The notes under the pieces were generated by a model. It did not search any database. It was not told the origin of the DNA and saw nothing but the letters and a program-made list of their open reading frames with translations. Positions 35,705 to 38,441 of a stretch of 38,441 nucleotides of DNA are shown here, piece after piece. Origin of the DNA: a virus (taxonomy: Duplodnaviria > Caudoviricetes); IMG/VR virus record IMGVR_UViG_3300032277_000027, positions 1-38,441 of that record; one strand, 5' to 3'. Position 1 is the stretch's first letter; every line of letters starts with the position of its first letter. The position numbers were made by a program, and so were the translations under genes.

Positions 35705-36092
35705 ATTATAACCTTAGTATATCTGTCAGATACTATTGATAGATAATACCTATTAAAGATATAACTACAATAGAAAAATAATATTAATAGCGAATGATAG
35801 TAATTTAAAAAGAGTATATACTAAAGTGAATGTCAGGGAGACACGACCTAATAATGCCATGGTCATTAAATAAAAGGCTAAGTCGGGGGCAGAGGAACCT
35901 TCCCAATCTAACTGGTGATGTGCCAGCGATTACAAACCCGTTAGGGCAATACGACACGCATCAATCCTTTCTTTCAAGGGTTACCATACGGTTCCCTTTT
36001 TCTTTCTCAGTATATAGTAATACGTTCATCTTAGTTCTTAATAAGAATCATTATCAACAGATTGAAAAATTAGGTAAGAATTGTAAGGTGGT

Positions 36093-36138
36093 CTCCCCTC
36101 CCACACACACCACCCCGCCTGCCTTCACACCACCCCCC
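36093..36138. other. C-rich (G-rich on the minus strand) tract just downstream of terS; candidate packaging signal
   Basis: CCCCTCCCACACACACCACCCCGCCTGCCTTCACACCACCCCCC in an AT-rich genome. Confidence 0.45.
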
Positions 36139-36143
36139 ATAAC

Positions 36144-36518
36144 CTATTGATTAATAACGGTTTCTTCCTGTTCAGGGTTGATTACCTTCTCTTCTAATAG
36201 CCTAGCTCTGGCACGTTCAGCAATAATGTCGGCCAGTTGATCGTCGGTTAGTGACTTAGCTGATTGAGTGTGAGTCACATCAACGTTAAGCTCCTTTGGA
36301 ATAAACTGACTGAATGCTTTAAGAGTGCCTACTACATCATCCTTGAGTGCTTGTGTGATTAGTTCAGCCATAACAGTCGTTCCATCCTTACTAGCGGTTC
36401 CTAGTCCATCTACCGCTTTATTAAGCGAGTTTCTAACCTTATTAAGCAATTGATGCTGCTGTTTACTCATACCACTTGGGTTGCCTGATACACCTTTAGG
36501 AAAAGCCACTGATTCCAC
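36144..36518 (-). CDS. terS: Terminase small subunit
   Basis: FPKGVSGNPSG (DUF5681-like) N-terminus and LTDDQL C-terminus, upstream of terL. Confidence 0.8.
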   Translation of the reverse strand: MESVAFPKGVSGNPSGMSKQQHQLLNKVRNSLNKAVDGLGTASKDGTTVMAELITQALKDDVVGTLKAFSQFIPKELNVDVTHTQSAKSLTDDQLADIIAERARARLLEEKVINPEQEETVINQ

Positions 36519-36665
36519 TCCTTATCATGTTGATTTTCTTAATGATAATACTTCCTATTTAGACTGTCTATTAGTTTAATTAATACGGGTATAAAAACCT
36601 TTCATTGTCTTTTCTTTAATTCTTACGCGATACTCTTTACATCAACTAAATAAAGAAACGGGACT

Positions 36666-36965
36666 ATGAAAACAAAAGACTATGTTAAAAAGATGACATT
36701 AGATGATATTAGAAATAACTACGGTACTGAATTAAGTGTTACTCATACTGGCGGGAATTGTACTGCGAACTTCCATGAGCTTAATACTAATCAAGATCAT
36801 CTATACATTGCTGATGATTGTAATGCACTAACTAATGACTTTGAGCAAAATATTAGTGTAGTTGTTCATAACAAAGACGGGGACGAACTTGAATCAGCAG
36901 AACTATCTAATCTGTTTGAATTGAATGAATATCTAGGCCGTATATTTTATGTATGGGGTTATTAA
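36666..36965 (+). CDS. Acidic hypothetical early protein
   Basis: GGGGA RBS, divergent from terS. Confidence 0.75.
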   Translation: MKTKDYVKKMTLDDIRNNYGTELSVTHTGGNCTANFHELNTNQDHLYIADDCNALTNDFEQNISVVVHNKDGDELESAELSNLFELNEYLGRIFYVWGY

Positions 36966-37582
36966 TGAAAGTCCTTAATCTATATGCAGGTATTGGCGGG
37001 AATCGTAAGTATTGGTCTGGTTGTGATGTTACAGCCATTGAATATACACAAAAGATAGCTGATGTTTATAAAGATCAATACCCTCATGATACGGTCATTG
37101 TTGGTGATGCGCATCAATACTTATTGGATAATTTCCAGGAATTTGACTTTATATGGTCATCACCTCCTTGTCAGTCACACAGTAGAATGATCCGCTCAGG
37201 TAAGAATAGAAAACCTCGTTATCCTGACATGAAACTATATGAAGAGATATTATTTTTAAAACATAACTTTAAAGGGCTATGGATAGTTGAGAATGTTAAG
37301 CCATTTTATGAGCTGTTAATACCCGCTCTATCTGTTGGTCGTCATTTATTCTGGTCTAACTTTGAATTTGAAGCGGTAGAAATCAAGCAGCCTAAAGGCT
37401 TTATCATGAAAACGAATGTAGCTGGATCAATAGCCCTTAAGGAATGGCTAGGCATTAAATATGAAGGCAATATCTACTATGAAGGCAATCATTGTCCAGC
37501 TCAGGTGTTAAGAAATTGCGTACACCCTGATATGGTTAAAAACGTTATACAAAACGCAATAGACTTTAACAATAAAAGGTAA
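36965..37582 (+). CDS. C5 cytosine DNA methyltransferase (compact)
   Basis: Motif I LYAGIGG, motif IV SPPCQ, motif VI ENV, motif X-like RNCV. Start at the ATG at 36965 (TAATG overlap). Confidence 0.9.
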   Translation: MKVLNLYAGIGGNRKYWSGCDVTAIEYTQKIADVYKDQYPHDTVIVGDAHQYLLDNFQEFDFIWSSPPCQSHSRMIRSGKNRKPRYPDMKLYEEILFLKHNFKGLWIVENVKPFYELLIPALSVGRHLFWSNFEFEAVEIKQPKGFIMKTNVAGSIALKEWLGIKYEGNIYYEGNHCPAQVLRNCVHPDMVKNVIQNAIDFNNKR

Positions 37583-37587
37583 CTACT

Positions 37588-37845
37588 ATGCACACTATGA
37601 TTAATAAACAACTAGCCCCTTACACAGAGTTTCCACGTATTACACGTATTGAAGACTTGGAACCACTTGAAGTTAACCGGGTAGATTACTTAATAGAGTT
37701 TCCAGAGATATTCGAGAAGGTTGAGGGTTTTCCAGAATGGTTAGAGTGTGAAGATAGCATTGAAGAAACAGTTGCTAATAACATTGAGGACACTATGAGG
37801 TCTATTCATGAGTCATTAGTTTATCAACGCAAATACACTAAATAA
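37588..37845 (+). CDS. Acidic hypothetical protein
   Basis: AAGG RBS. Confidence 0.7.
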   Translation: MHTMINKQLAPYTEFPRITRIEDLEPLEVNRVDYLIEFPEIFEKVEGFPEWLECEDSIEETVANNIEDTMRSIHESLVYQRKYTK

Positions 37846-37860
37846 CACCTATTAACTACT

Positions 37861-38058
37861 ATGAGAGAAAATACTATGAAAGTAAATAACAAAAAAGTAT
37901 CTGAATTATCTGAAAGCTACATAAACGGAAACATTAACTATGTAAAAGACAAGGTTAAGCGAATTAACAAAGTAGAATTTGTCTTACTGTGTCAAGAAAT
38001 ACGCAACATGAAAGATAATATAGGCCTTGACGAAATAGCTTTTAAATTAACTAATTAA
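37861..38058 (+). CDS. Hypothetical protein
   Basis: ORF in operon. The start may be 37876. Confidence 0.65.
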   Translation: MRENTMKVNNKKVSELSESYINGNINYVKDKVKRINKVEFVLLCQEIRNMKDNIGLDEIAFKLTN

Positions 38059-38077
38059 GTTAGTTTCAATTAATACC

Positions 38078-38106
38078 AATAAAGCCCCTTAATTGGGGCT
38101 ATTTTA
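38078..38106. terminator. Bidirectional terminator between convergent operons
   Basis: AGCCCC-TTAATT-GGGGCT flanked by A/T tracts. Confidence 0.8.
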
Positions 38107-38441
38107 TCAGTTATTCTTTATGTTATTAACATTACCACCAAATGCAAAATCAGCTAACAATTGACTAGTATCAATTACTTTTTTCTTCTTCTTAGGTTTT
38201 GCCTTAACTGGCTTTGTTATTCTTACCTTAAAATCAATTAATCTTTGATAAACGTGGCTAGATGTTCGCTCAATGAATCCAAATTCATGCTTGTATTGCT
38301 TAACTACTTTAATCTCACCACGTTTAACCATTTCGGCAAACACTTGGCCCACTGATTTATAATAGCAATCAATTTCCCTCGCTATATCCTTTTGAGTGTA
38401 TTCATCACTTAATGATTTAGATAATATCTGTTTTCTTACCT
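38107..38441 (-). CDS. Winged-HTH-like DNA-binding protein, 118 aa, spanning the circular junction (true start ATG at 149)
   Basis: Joining the ends gives MTLSIKEKVRKQILSKSLSDEYTQKDIAREIDCYYKSVGQVFAEMVKRGEIKVV... The ATG at 147-149 overlaps the TGA of ORF 146..340. The TQKDIAREI..V..V segment has an HTH pattern. Confidence 0.7.
   Translation of the reverse strand, partial: VRKQILSKSLSDEYTQKDIAREIDCYYKSVGQVFAEMVKRGEIKVVKQYKHEFGFIERTSSHVYQRLIDFKVRITKPVKAKPKKKKKVIDTSQLLADFAFGGNVNNIKNN
38315..38441. repeat. Terminal direct repeat, identical to 1-127
   Basis: Exact copy of 1-127. Confidence 0.95.

Noticed and set aside
35830-36150. 106-aa plus-strand ORF between terL and terS
   Set aside because: It is antisense to the late operon, has no clear RBS, and its Pro/Thr tail simply reflects the C-rich tract.

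Overview
The window looks like a complete, circularly assembled dsDNA podovirus-type phage genome of about 38.3 kb. Bases 1-127 are repeated exactly at 38315-38441 and the repeat falls inside a gene. The host is probably a Gram-negative proteobacterium, judged from an embedded Rz/Rz1 spanin pair and an SSB ending in DEIPF. A minus-strand late operon (36518 to 14648) encodes TerS, TerL, portal, scaffold, major capsid, adaptor/nozzle, three probable ejection proteins, a tail fibre, a beta-helix tailspike and an unusually long lysis cassette. Early and middle genes include a replication initiator with internal iterons, a helicase-loader-like protein, NinB, NinG, YopX, DUF551, Rad52/Sak, SSB, an HNH nuclease, a PAPS-reductase-family protein, a compact C5 methyltransferase and many small accessory ORFs. 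I found no integrase or CI repressor. The most unusual content is non-coding: (i) a ~250-nt intergenic RNA with three consecutive potential pseudoknots (6842-7090); (ii) a tRNA-like element with a ~50-nt D-loop insertion and a 6-nt anticodon loop (13909-14034); (iii) a promoter- and terminator-bounded three-way-junction sRNA whose two loops are complementary to that tRNA-like element (5910-6024); (iv) a c4/CI-type kissing-loop attenuator upstream of the initiator; (v) a 59-bp attC-like site bounding an apparent integron cassette without an integrase; and (vi) further structured intergenic RNAs. All RNA folds were derived by eye and all protein calls come from motif recognition, without database searches.
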